Shown: piece by piece, positions 1 through 8,171 of the stretch
Layout: each line of letters begins with the position of its first letter
Numbering within the stretch: position 1 is the first letter of the stretch
Assembly (NCBI GenBank): GCA_034927285.1
Contig: JAYFQF010000010.1
Span: 23,032 to 87,031 of the forward strand
From: Peptococcaceae bacterium
GTDB lineage: Bacteria; Bacillota; Peptococcia; DRI-13; UBA5745
DNA: 64,000 nt
Reading direction: 5' to 3'
The notes under the pieces: model-generated
Database searches by the model: none
What the model saw: the letters and a program-made list of their open reading frames with translations, nothing else
Told to the model about the DNA's origin: nothing
Program-made: the position numbers and the translations under genes

Positions 1-767
1 AAGGGACAGCTCAGCAGCCCCGCCCCCGAAGGCAGGCCGGGAAAGAGGGAAGCCGCGGAGCCCAGAAGAAATCCCAGGATAATCAGATAGGTAGCCTGGG
101 GAAACCGGGTCATGGCTTTCTCCAGGAGCCGGGTGGTGAGCACCACCCCCAGAAATACCCCCAAACCCAAAGGGCAAAGCAAAGAAAAATCCGGTCGGCC
201 CACGGCCGTCATCACCTGATCATAAAGTCCCATCACCAAAAGCATATAGGAGACGCTGATCCCCGGCAGGACCAACGCTACGGCGGCGATGACGCCGGCC
301 AGCAAAAGCCTGATCTGCCCAGCCCAGGACGCACCGGTAAAAACCGGCGGGACTGCCGCCCCCTCTGGCGTCACCGGTAAAAGTCCCAGCAGTCCGACAA
401 CGGCCAGCCCCAGTAAAGGGTAAATCACGGCGCCCCAACTGAAGCGGCACACCCGGGCCTGCCGGAAAACCAAGGGAACGCTGCCGGCGGCGGCGCCGAT
501 AAAAAAGTACCGCATCGGCAGAGGGTGGATTTCGATTAATTTCAATAAAGGCCGGGCAAACAGCCCCAGCCCCACAAGGGCCCCCAGGGCGAACAGCCCC
601 AGAAAGGCCGCGTTTCCCCGGACATCCCGGAAAAAAGTACTGACGGCGCTGATCAGCCGGTTGTAAATGCCTAAAATCATGGCCATGGAACCGCCGCTGA
701 CCCCGGGAACCAGCATGGAGCCGCCTACGCACAGGCCTTTCAATAGCGTTTTTCCCCGTTCGTTCAT
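1..767 (-). CDS. DUF368-family integral membrane protein (C-terminus runs off the window)
   Basis: Reverse-strand frame from ATG at 767 reads MNERGKTLLKGLCVGGSMLVPGVSGGSMAMILGIYNRLI...LPGISVSYMLLVMGLYDQV, with the duplicated PG(V/I)SG/S motif of DUF368. It is absent from the ORF track because it has no stop inside the window. A G-rich SD lies just upstream. Confidence 0.7.
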   Translation of the reverse strand, partial: MNERGKTLLKGLCVGGSMLVPGVSGGSMAMILGIYNRLISAVSTFFRDVRGNAAFLGLFALGALVGLGLFARPLLKLIEIHPLPMRYFFIGAAAGSVPLVFRQARVCRFSWGAVIYPLLGLAVVGLLGLLPVTPEGAAVPPVFTGASWAGQIRLLLAGVIAAVALVLPGISVSYMLLVMGLYDQVMTAVGRPDFSLLCPLGLGVFLGVVLTTRLLEKAMTRFPQATYLIILGFLLGSAASLFPGLPSGAGLLSCP

Positions 768-1056
768 CTTTTCCCCCCGCACAGAGTCTTACTTACCGGT
801 CCGCCAGCCCGCTTCAGGCTTTCCCGCAAAGAAGCACGGCCGGCGCCGTTCTATTGCCTATTCTATGCCGGCCCTTCGTAAGATAACCTTCCCTCTGCGG
901 GAGTCAGCCTTCCATCCCGGAGTTATATTTCACCTGCCGAGGAATCTCCCAGCTGCCGAGTATATTCCCGCTGCCGGAAGTATATTTCCGTCCGGCGCCG
1001 GCCAATTTTTGCCCCGGGACAGTGGGGCAAGGACCGGTTTCCGCCGGCGATGCAGG

Positions 1057-1767
1057 CTACAGTTCCTCCTCCGTCATCCGGTAGCCTACGCCCATCTCAG
1101 TCTGAATATAGCGGGGCTCCGCGGGGTTTTCTTCCAGCTTCCTGCGGATATTGGCCATATTTACCCGCAGGATCTTATTGTCCTCAGCGGCGGCATAGGG
1201 CCCCCAAACCTCCCGCATCAGCTGGTCATAAGTCAATACGCGGCCGGGCTGGCGGGCCAAAAGCTCCACGATGCGATATTCGTTTTGCGTCAGATGGACA
1301 TTCTTAGCTCCCAGGCTCACCTGATGGCCGATAAAATCAATGAAAAGCTCCCCGACACGATAACCCCCGGCCACGGTATCCGCCGTTTCACCGGTACGCC
1401 GGCTGTTGCGCAGAGCGGCACGGATCCTGGCCAAAAGCTCCGAGGTGCCAAAGGGCTTAGTAATATAATCATCGGCCCCCAGGTCCAGGGCTTCCACCTT
1501 CTCCTTTTCCCGGCCCCGGGCGGATACGATCAGTACCGGCCGGCTGCACCACTCCCTGAGCTTTTTCAGGACTTCCATTCCGTCCATATCGGGCAGCCCC
1601 AGATCCAGCAATATGGCATCGGGCTGATGAGAAGCGGCCATCAAAAGCGCCTGCTGACCGGTCCTGGCCAAAAGAGGCGCGTAATCGTTGGCGGCCAGAA
1701 TTGTGGACAGCACACGGGCGATGGCTTCCTCATCTTCAATGATCAGGATTTTTTCATTTACGGCCAT
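1057..1767 (-). CDS. OmpR-family response regulator, KdpE-like
   Basis: 236 aa. Receiver domain (ILIIEDEE...LLDLGLPDMDG...VSARGREKEKVEALDLGADDYITKPF) plus winged-helix output (GYRMTEE). GGAGGAA SD upstream. No cognate kinase gene is adjacent. Confidence 0.85.
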   Translation of the reverse strand: MAVNEKILIIEDEEAIARVLSTILAANDYAPLLARTGQQALLMAASHQPDAILLDLGLPDMDGMEVLKKLREWCSRPVLIVSARGREKEKVEALDLGADDYITKPFGTSELLARIRAALRNSRRTGETADTVAGGYRVGELFIDFIGHQVSLGAKNVHLTQNEYRIVELLARQPGRVLTYDQLMREVWGPYAAAEDNKILRVNMANIRRKLEENPAEPRYIQTEMGVGYRMTEEEL

Positions 1768-2428
1768 TATCTATTCCTCCATTGAAAGACAAATTTAAAG
1801 CACGCACCGTCGCCAGCCTGAATTTTCTCCGTTCAGGACCGCTTTTGGCTCCCAGGGTCCGCCGCAGATATCCAAAAGCCGGCCCCGGCGTCCAAGGAAG
1901 CCGGAGTTAATCCCCTTTGCCGGGTTCCCGGCACCGGGATTGACAGGAAAAAAACAGTCGGCTCCGATGACGGCGGTCACCGAAGCCAAAAGCCCCAGAG
2001 CAACCATTATTAAGGAAATCAGCGGAAGTTTCCTTTGGGATCAGGGGGAGCCCCTTGTCTTGAACAGTCGGACGGCAGGTCCAGACATCCGGCTGCCGCC
2101 TCAGGTAAATCCAGGCCGCTAAAACAAGGGGATTCCTAAAAGCCGGCTGCCCCGGCAATCAAAGGAAAAAGGCCGCGGGCCGGCAAGACGGTGCCCAACA
2201 GCCTTCGCAGCCTTCGTCGCGATTTCAGCAGCCAGTATTTATGGCCTTCTTCCGGCGGCTTCGCCCTCTTTTCCACCAGTATAAGCGAAAAGGCTCCTCT
2301 CGCCTACTTTTTTAGAGTTAAGAAAGCGCTAAGAAACTTTCCGAGGCCAGACGGCAGGTATCTGTGCGATTTATTAGTCAAATCAATTAAATATAACAGG
2401 TTTTTGTCATATCTTCTTAAAATTTTCA

Positions 2429-2457
2429 TTGACAGCAGCGCAAAAATCGCTTACACT
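2429..2457 (+). promoter_or_regulatory. Sigma-A type promoter of the feo operon
   Basis: TTGACA (2429-2434), 17-nt spacer, TACACT (2452-2457). Confidence 0.5.
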
Positions 2458-2468
2458 TCAATCAGAGG

Positions 2469-2519
2469 GGTTAGCAAATGCTAACCATCTTTTTCAGCGC
2501 GTGGTTAGGATGGCCTAAC
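2469..2519. promoter_or_regulatory. Two palindromic operator candidates (GTTAGS-N4-SCTAAC) downstream of the feo promoter
   Basis: GGTTAGCAAATGCTAACC at 2469-2486 and GTTAGGATGGCCTAAC at 2504-2519. Both lie between the -10 box and feoA. Confidence 0.5.
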
Positions 2520-2587
2520 TATCATGAGTGCCGGAGCCGGGATATCGACGGCCGCCAATCCAAGGAAAAACAAAGGAGATGTTCGTT

Positions 2588-2800
2588 ATGCCCCTTAGCA
2601 TGTTACGGCCTGGGGAAACCTATCGAATCCGGAAAATCCGGGGTGAAGGTCCCGTAAAAAAACATTTGTCGGATTTGGGCTTTGTCGAAGGAGAAGCCGT
2701 TACTTTATTGTCGGATCTGGCCGGCAACCTGATTGTGACGATCAAGGACAGCCGCATCGCCTTGGACAAGGACCTGGCTAAGCTGATTTCCGTAGCCTGA
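2588..2800 (+). CDS. feoA: FeoA-domain protein (ferrous iron transport protein A)
   Basis: MPLSMLRPGETYRIRKIRGEGPVKKHLSDLGFVEGEAVTLL... is a typical FeoA SH3-like domain. AAGGAG SD at 2573-2578 favours ATG 2588; ATG 2579 is the alternative. Confidence 0.85.
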   Translation: MPLSMLRPGETYRIRKIRGEGPVKKHLSDLGFVEGEAVTLLSDLAGNLIVTIKDSRIALDKDLAKLISVA

Positions 2801-2899
2801 GGGCAAACTCCTGAAAAGGATGTTCCGCAGACCGGAAAGCGCTTTCCGCCTTTGTGCTTTGAAGGCTGCGATTCATATAGCAGAAAGGAAGATGATATT

Positions 2900-3121
2900 A
2901 TGCGTACATTAAAAGAGTTGCCTGTAGGCGAAGAAGCCACCGTTTTACGTCTGCATGGCCAGGGTCCGGTACGTCGCCGCATCATGGATATGGGGCTGAC
3001 TAAAGGAACAAAGGTTCTGATGCAGAAAGTGGCGCCCTTGGGCGATCCTCTGGAAATCAAGGTCAGAGGTTATGAATTGTCTCTGCGCAAAGCCGACGCC
3101 GAAGCAATCGAGATTCAATAA
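2900..3121 (+). CDS. feoA: Second FeoA-domain protein
   Basis: MRTLKELPVGEEATVLRLHGQGPVRRRIMDMGLTKGTKV... Start ATG 2900 follows AAAGGAAG. The track ORF start at 2852 has no RBS. Confidence 0.85.
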   Translation: MRTLKELPVGEEATVLRLHGQGPVRRRIMDMGLTKGTKVLMQKVAPLGDPLEIKVRGYELSLRKADAEAIEIQ

Positions 3122-3139
3122 GAGCTATTTTTATATGAG

Positions 3140-3196
3140 CTATTTCCCGGGAAATAGTCAAATAAACAGGCAGACTGCAGGGTCTGCATTTATTTG
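3140..3196 (+). promoter_or_regulatory. Intergenic palindrome plus long stem-loop between feoA2 and feoB (possible attenuator)
   Basis: Perfect 18-bp palindrome CTATTTCCCGGGAAATAG (3140-3157). Hairpin with CAAATAAA (3159-3166) and GCAGAC (3170-3175) pairing to GTCTGC (3182-3187) and TTTATTTG (3189-3196). Confidence 0.4.
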
Positions 3197-3204
3197 AAGC
3201 CCAT

Positions 3205-3220
3205 GTTAGCTACAGCTAAC
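3205..3220. promoter_or_regulatory. Third copy of the GTTAGS-N4-SCTAAC palindrome, immediately upstream of feoB
   Basis: GTTAGCTACAGCTAAC at 3205-3220, about 40 nt before the feoB start. Confidence 0.45.
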
Positions 3221-3258
3221 GCCGTAAAATGTCGTGGAAGTATATAAAGGAGGACCTT

Positions 3259-5406
3259 ATGTCAATTACTATTGCCCTTGCCGGCAATCCAAACTGTGGT
3301 AAAACCACCTTGTTTAACGAGCTGACCGGTTCCAGCCAATACGTGGGTAACTGGCCGGGCGTTACGGTGGAGAAAAAAGAAGGACGTCTTAAAGGCCATA
3401 AGGATGTAATTATCCAGGATTTGCCCGGTATTTATTCTCTTTCTCCTTACAGCCTGGAAGAGGTGGTGGCCAGAAATTATCTGGTGGCCGAAAAGCCCGA
3501 CGTCATTTTGAACCTGGTGGACGCCACCAATATCGAACGGAACCTGTATTTGACTACTCAGCTGCTTGAACTGGGAATCCCCATGGTCATCGCTCTGAAC
3601 ATGATGGACGTAGCCGAAAAAAATGGCGACAAAATCGATACAAAAAAACTTTCGCAAGCCCTGGGCTGCCCGGTGATAAAAACTGCCGCCGTTAAAGGCC
3701 AAGGCTGCCTGGAAGTCGCGGCGGAAGCGATAAAGCTGGCCGGCGGCTCCAAGGCCGAAGGCCACGGCGCTTTGGTCCAGGAAGGCTTTGCTCCGGAGAT
3801 CGAAAAGGCTCTGAGCGCTATTGAAGACCTGGCAAAAAACGCAAACGTTAATTACCCCCGCCGCTGGCTGGCTTTAAAACTCTTCGAGCGGGATGAAAAA
3901 ATCCGGGAAACAGTAAATTTGGCCCCTGAAGTGAAAGGCGAGATCGAACAAGTGATCGTTTCCTGTGAAAAAGCTCTGGAAGACGACAGCGAAAGCCTGA
4001 TCACCAACGAGCGTTACAATTATATTGCCAATATTGTTCATGACTCTGTAAAGAAAGGCCACAAAGGTCTGTCGACTTCCGACAAAATTGACCGGATCGT
4101 CACAAACCGTATCCTGGCCCTGCCCATTTTCGCCGTGGTTATGTTCCTGGTCTACTATATTTCTATCTCCACCATCGGCACAGCGATGACCGACTGGGTC
4201 AACGACGTCCTTTTCACCGAAATTATTCCGCCTACGGTAGAAAACTGGCTGGTGGCCGCGAATACCGCCGACTGGCTCCAGTCCTTGATTCTTGACGGTA
4301 TCATCGCCGGCGTCGGCGCGGTTTTAGGCTTCCTGCCCCAGATGCTGACCCTGTTTTTATTGCTGGCCATCCTGGAAGACTGCGGCTATATGGCCCGTAT
4401 CGCCTTCATTATGGACAGGATATTCCGTAAATTCGGCCTTTCCGGCAAATCCTTCATTCCTATGCTGATCTCAACGGGCTGCGGGGTGCCGGGCGTCATG
4501 GCTTCCCGGACCATCGAAAATGACCGGGATCGCAAAATGACCATCATGACTACTACTTTCATGCCCTGCGGCGCAAAACTGCCCATCATTGCCCTGATTG
4601 CCGGCGCCCTCTTCGACGGCGTCTGGTGGGTAGCTCCTTCCGCCTATTTTGTGGGCATCGCCGCCATCATCTGCTCCGGCATCATCCTGAAGAAAACCAA
4701 GCTCTTTGCCGGCGACCCCGCTCCCTTCGTTATGGAACTTCCTCCTTACCATCTGCCTAAGGTCAAGGGCGTACTGATTCATATGTGGGACCGGGGCAAA
4801 GCCTTCGTCAAAAAGGCCGGTACGATTATCTTTCTGGCCTGCGGCGTCATTTGGTTCCTGAGTTCCTTCAACTGGTCGCTGACAATGGTGGAAACCCCCG
4901 AATCCATGCTGGCCTCCATCGGCCAGGTAATCGCCCCCATCTTCAGTCCTCTGGGCTGGGGAGAATGGCGGGCGGCGGTAGCGGCCATCAGCGGCCTTGT
5001 GGCCAAGGAAAACGTGGTAGGAACCTTCGGTATCCTCTTCGGTTACGCGGAAGTTGCCGAGGACGGCGTGGAAATCTGGGGCAACCTGCAAGCGGCCTTC
5101 ACGACGCTCTCCGCTTATTCCTTCCTGGTCTTTAACCTGCTCTGCGCTCCCTGCTTCGCCGCTATCGGCGCTATCCGCCGGGAGATGGGCAGCGCCAAAT
5201 GGACCTGGGTCGCCATCGGTTATCAGACCGTTCTGGCCTATGCCGTTTCCCTGGTTGTCTACCAGCTGGGCGCCTTCTTCACCGGCGGCAGCTTCGGTGC
5301 CGGAACGGCGGTGGCTGTGATCCTGACCATCCTCTTCTTCTATCTCCTGCTTCGTCCGGCCAAAAGTCCGGCCGGCCATAAAGCGTCAAAGGCGGTGACC
5401 GCGTAA
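3259..5406 (+). CDS. feoB: Ferrous iron transporter FeoB (GTPase plus permease)
   Basis: MSITIALAGNPNCGKTTLFNELTG (G1 motif), DLPGIYSL, and a long polytopic C-terminal domain. AAGGAGG SD precedes ATG 3259. Confidence 0.95.
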   Translation: MSITIALAGNPNCGKTTLFNELTGSSQYVGNWPGVTVEKKEGRLKGHKDVIIQDLPGIYSLSPYSLEEVVARNYLVAEKPDVILNLVDATNIERNLYLTTQLLELGIPMVIALNMMDVAEKNGDKIDTKKLSQALGCPVIKTAAVKGQGCLEVAAEAIKLAGGSKAEGHGALVQEGFAPEIEKALSAIEDLAKNANVNYPRRWLALKLFERDEKIRETVNLAPEVKGEIEQVIVSCEKALEDDSESLITNERYNYIANIVHDSVKKGHKGLSTSDKIDRIVTNRILALPIFAVVMFLVYYISISTIGTAMTDWVNDVLFTEIIPPTVENWLVAANTADWLQSLILDGIIAGVGAVLGFLPQMLTLFLLLAILEDCGYMARIAFIMDRIFRKFGLSGKSFIPMLISTGCGVPGVMASRTIENDRDRKMTIMTTTFMPCGAKLPIIALIAGALFDGVWWVAPSAYFVGIAAIICSGIILKKTKLFAGDPAPFVMELPPYHLPKVKGVLIHMWDRGKAFVKKAGTIIFLACGVIWFLSSFNWSLTMVETPESMLASIGQVIAPIFSPLGWGEWRAAVAAISGLVAKENVVGTFGILFGYAEVAEDGVEIWGNLQAAFTTLSAYSFLVFNLLCAPCFAAIGAIRREMGSAKWTWVAIGYQTVLAYAVSLVVYQLGAFFTGGSFGAGTAVAVILTILFFYLLLRPAKSPAGHKASKAVTA

Positions 5407-5672
5407 TGCCCAGCTTCTCTACCATTGGATTAAGCCTGCTTCTGGCCGCATTGTTTTTTGCCGCTATCCGCTATATCTACCGGCAGCACAAAGCCGGGAA
5501 GTGCGTGGGCTGCGATTCCATGCCCTCCAGCGGCGGCTGCGCTTCCTGCCCCTGCCACCTCAGCTGCCAAAGCAGCCAGGACGGCGCCGGTAACGATTCT
5601 GGCGCCCTGGACAGGAAAACTCCCGGCGGCAGCCATTTTTCGCCCCGGACAAAGCCTGCGGCCCATCGTTAG
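5406..5672 (+). CDS. FeoB-associated Cys-rich small membrane protein (longer than usual)
   Basis: One N-terminal TM helix (IGLSLLLAALFFAAI) followed by GKCVGCDS...GGCASCPC. Its ATG overlaps the feoB stop (TAATG). Confidence 0.55.
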   Translation: MPSFSTIGLSLLLAALFFAAIRYIYRQHKAGKCVGCDSMPSSGGCASCPCHLSCQSSQDGAGNDSGALDRKTPGGSHFSPRTKPAAHR

Positions 5673-5744
5673 ATTACCAAAATCATTTCACCCCCCCTTC
5701 TATTATCAATACACCAACAACACAACTTACCCGATACCCCTCTG

Positions 5745-5789
5745 AAACAGAAACGGGCCGGCTGACGCCGGTCCGTTTCTGTTTTTCTT
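5745..5789 (+). terminator. Rho-independent terminator of the feo operon
   Basis: AAACAGAAACGGGCCGG-CTGACG-CCGGTCCGTTTCTGTTT followed by a T-run. Confidence 0.7.
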
Positions 5790-6701
5790 TCAAAGCGATT
5801 CAACTCCCTTTTCTCTTAAATGACTACCGGGCGGGGCGATTCATCGGGCCATTACCGGCCAGACTGCCCAGGTTCTCCCGGAGAACTCCGGGCTCTAGAG
5901 GAGAATCCGGCTCCCCGGGAACGCCATTACTTAAGAATTCCGTTTCTTGCCTGAACTAAGCCGGAAAAACGTCTCTGTTCAGCTTGTCGAAAAAACCCTT
6001 TAATCGGCCTGTCGAATAAGGGGTGATAAAAATTCTTTCGACAGTAAGATTCTTTTGCAATAGACAAAATACACTATCGACAATTCGATCAATTCTTCAC
6101 TTCTTCTCTATTCCTGAACCTATAAAATTCCGGATTGACCTCCCGGAATTTCGTACTTGGTTCCTTTTGGGCAGATGACCCACAGGTTTTTCTCAGCCCA
6201 GGGATTGTCGGCCAACCGCTGAAATGCGGGCTCAGGCCGGCAATTTTAATGAAAGCGTGCCAATCCGTCCGGTCTCCGATCCGCAGCCGGCCCCACCCGG
6301 AGCGCCAAAAAGAGAAGAGGACGGTTAGCCGGCGATAATTTCCGGATTTGTCGAATCCATGCTGAAAACCCCGGAAATTTCAGGAGAGTTCAACAGAAAT
6401 CCGACAGCCAAGCTTTGCAAAAATAATGTTCTTTTCCCAAGGCTTCCCGAAAATCCGCCGGCCCCCGGTTTCTGACGAAAAATGCGGGAGATTATTTTAT
6501 AAGGACGACTTTTTGTTTTGCCCTGGCGGACCAAAACAGACAGCGGCAAAAGCCGACGGATATTTTTGAAAGGACCTTTTTCTTTTTTTGTCAGCATCCT
6601 TTCCCGGTGCCGGTACTCTTCTCCGCAGTTTATAACCATCAGCAACGTCGATAAAACCGAAAAGCTGTCGGTCCCGGCCGTATTTCCGGCCTTTTCATCG
6701 A

Positions 6702-6749
6702 AAGGGCGTGCCGCATCGTGTTTTCAGCAACACTTTACGGCACGCCCTT
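6702..6749. terminator. Hairpin downstream of hsp20 (bidirectional terminator candidate)
   Basis: AGGGCGTGCCG...CGGCACGCCCT stem. GGGGTTTTGTTGGGTTTT follows on the + strand and TTTCGATG on the - strand. Confidence 0.45.
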
Positions 6750-6779
6750 GGGGTTTTGTTGGGTTTTCACCTTCGACGA

Positions 6780-7220
6780 TTATTCGATGGCGATGCGATT
6801 CTGAGCAGGCAATTCTTTCTGCTCCTTTTTCGGCAGGGTGAGCTTCAAAATGCCGTCCTCATATCTGGCCCCCACTTCGCCGGGCTTTACCTCGCCGACA
6901 TAGAAGGTCCGGGAACACTGGCCGCAGTAACGTTCCTGACGAATGTACCTGCCCTCCTGGTCCTTTTCATCTTTATTCATGTTCTTGGCGGCTTTGATGG
7001 TCAGGTAACCGTCGTTCAGCTCCAGATCGATCTCGTCTTTCTTGAAGCCGGGAAGATCAACAGCCACCTCGTAATTCTCCCCGTTTTCTCTGACGTCGGT
7101 CTTCATCAGGTTCTTGGCGTGTTTGCCGTAAAGGGGGCTGCGGTTTCCAAAAAAGCTCTTATCAAAGGCATCGTCAAAGAAACCGTCAAACAGATTTTCA
7201 CCAAAAATGCTAGGCAACAT
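6780..7220 (-). CDS. Hsp20/alpha-crystallin small heat-shock protein
   Basis: 146 aa. Alpha-crystallin core (MKTDVRENGENYEVAVDLPGFKKDEIDLELNDGYLTIKA...YEDGILKLTLPK). Confidence 0.9.
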   Translation of the reverse strand: MLPSIFGENLFDGFFDDAFDKSFFGNRSPLYGKHAKNLMKTDVRENGENYEVAVDLPGFKKDEIDLELNDGYLTIKAAKNMNKDEKDQEGRYIRQERYCGQCSRTFYVGEVKPGEVGARYEDGILKLTLPKKEQKELPAQNRIAIE

Positions 7221-7312
7221 AAGTCATTCCTCCAATCAATATCCTTATCTTGTGCCTTGCCTGGAAGCCTCTCCGGCTCCTTCTTGGTACAACTATAAGA
7301 TACACCGATTTG

Positions 7313-7339
7313 TTAGCACTGTCAAGAGGCGAGTGCTAA
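7313..7339. promoter_or_regulatory. CIRCE element (HrcA operator) upstream of hsp20
   Basis: TTAGCACTG-TCAAGAGGC-GAGTGCTAA matches TTAGCACTC-N9-GAGTGCTAA with one central mismatch. It lies 93 nt upstream of the hsp20 start. Confidence 0.85.
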
Positions 7340-7549
7340 TTTCCCCTGGTATTTACATTTTGAGGAGAGGCTTCCGGGAAAGAACACCTGCAAATCAGAC
7401 TTTAGTATTACCCGGAAAAGGCGGCAACATAACCCTTTTTCCAGTAGCTTTATTAAAAAAATCGTCTCCCGGGAATTCTCTTGGGAATATCTCCGGGAAA
7501 CGATCCGTGGCCTTTTCTCTGCCCTGCCGGTCTTGTTTTTATTCTTTCG

Positions 7550-8104
7550 TCACTTCACCTCGTACTGCCTGCGCCCCTCCTCGTACATGTTCACGCCTTT
7601 TGCGTCAATGGCCACGATAGCCGGGAAGTCTTCCACGGTCATTTTCCGCAGTGCCTCGGCTCCCAGATCCTCATAGCAGATTACCTGGGAGAACTTGATG
7701 CTGCGGGCAATCAGGGCCGCCGCTCCGCCGGTGGCAGCCAGATAAACCGCTCCGGTTTCCTTCATGGCCTCGATAACGGCGTCGTTTCGTTTGCCTTTGC
7801 CGATCATGCCGGCCAGGCCCGCCCGCAAAAGGGCCGGCGTATACTTATCCATACGGTAGCTGGTGGTGGGGCCGGCGGACCCGATGACCCGCCCCGGCGG
7901 GGTGGGGGTTGGGCCGGCATAGTAAATGATCTGGCCCCGGATATCAAAGGGCAGCTCCTTGCCCTGGTCCAGCAAAGCCTGAAAACGCTTATGGGCCGCA
8001 TCCCGGCAGCTATATATTACGCCGCTGATCAGCACGGTGTCGCCGGCCTTCAGGGCGGCCGCCGTTTCCCGGGTCAGCGGGGTCTGAATTCTGATTTCCG
8101 CCAT
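7550..8104 (-). CDS. Class-I fumarate hydratase/tartrate dehydratase beta-type subunit; contextually the mesaconase small subunit
   Basis: 184 aa. GVIYSCRDAAHKR...IIYYAGPTP...GPTTSYRMD...GKGKR motifs of Fe-S hydro-lyase beta subunits. Confidence 0.85.
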   Translation of the reverse strand: MAEIRIQTPLTRETAAALKAGDTVLISGVIYSCRDAAHKRFQALLDQGKELPFDIRGQIIYYAGPTPTPPGRVIGSAGPTTSYRMDKYTPALLRAGLAGMIGKGKRNDAVIEAMKETGAVYLAATGGAAALIARSIKFSQVICYEDLGAEALRKMTVEDFPAIVAIDAKGVNMYEEGRRQYEVK

Positions 8105-8171
8105 GGTATCTTTTCCTCCTGCTTTCCCTTTTCTGCAATACGCGCCGTTCCTGCCGTCATAACGCCCGGCC

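Noticed and set aside
220-732. Track ORF of 170 aa on the minus strand (Arg/Gly/His-rich).
   Set aside because: It is in the wrong frame of the same strand. The frame starting at 767 gives a clean DUF368 membrane protein, whereas this one has an implausible composition.
667-1785. A 372-aa plus-strand ORF, and many similar long ORFs antisense to real genes (e.g. 4471-5379, 9520-10377, 14572-15471, 16365-16994, 41737-42744, 51994-52884, 53758-54462).
   Set aside because: These are shadow ORFs typical of GC-rich coding DNA. Each lies opposite a gene with unmistakable homology, has Arg/Pro/Gly-rich composition, and lacks an RBS.
1795-2160. Possible c-di-AMP (ydaO-type) riboswitch upstream of the KdpE-like gene.
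   Set aside because: Only loose resemblances (GGGGAUUAAC, GCGGCGGACCC). The conserved ACGGGG.../CCCGAAUCC...CAGCUAACC blocks could not be found by eye. It is kept only as something to test with a covariance model.
6325-6645. A 106-aa minus-strand ORF in the grey zone.
   Set aside because: No RBS, odd basic composition and no recognisable domain. It is not reported as a CDS.
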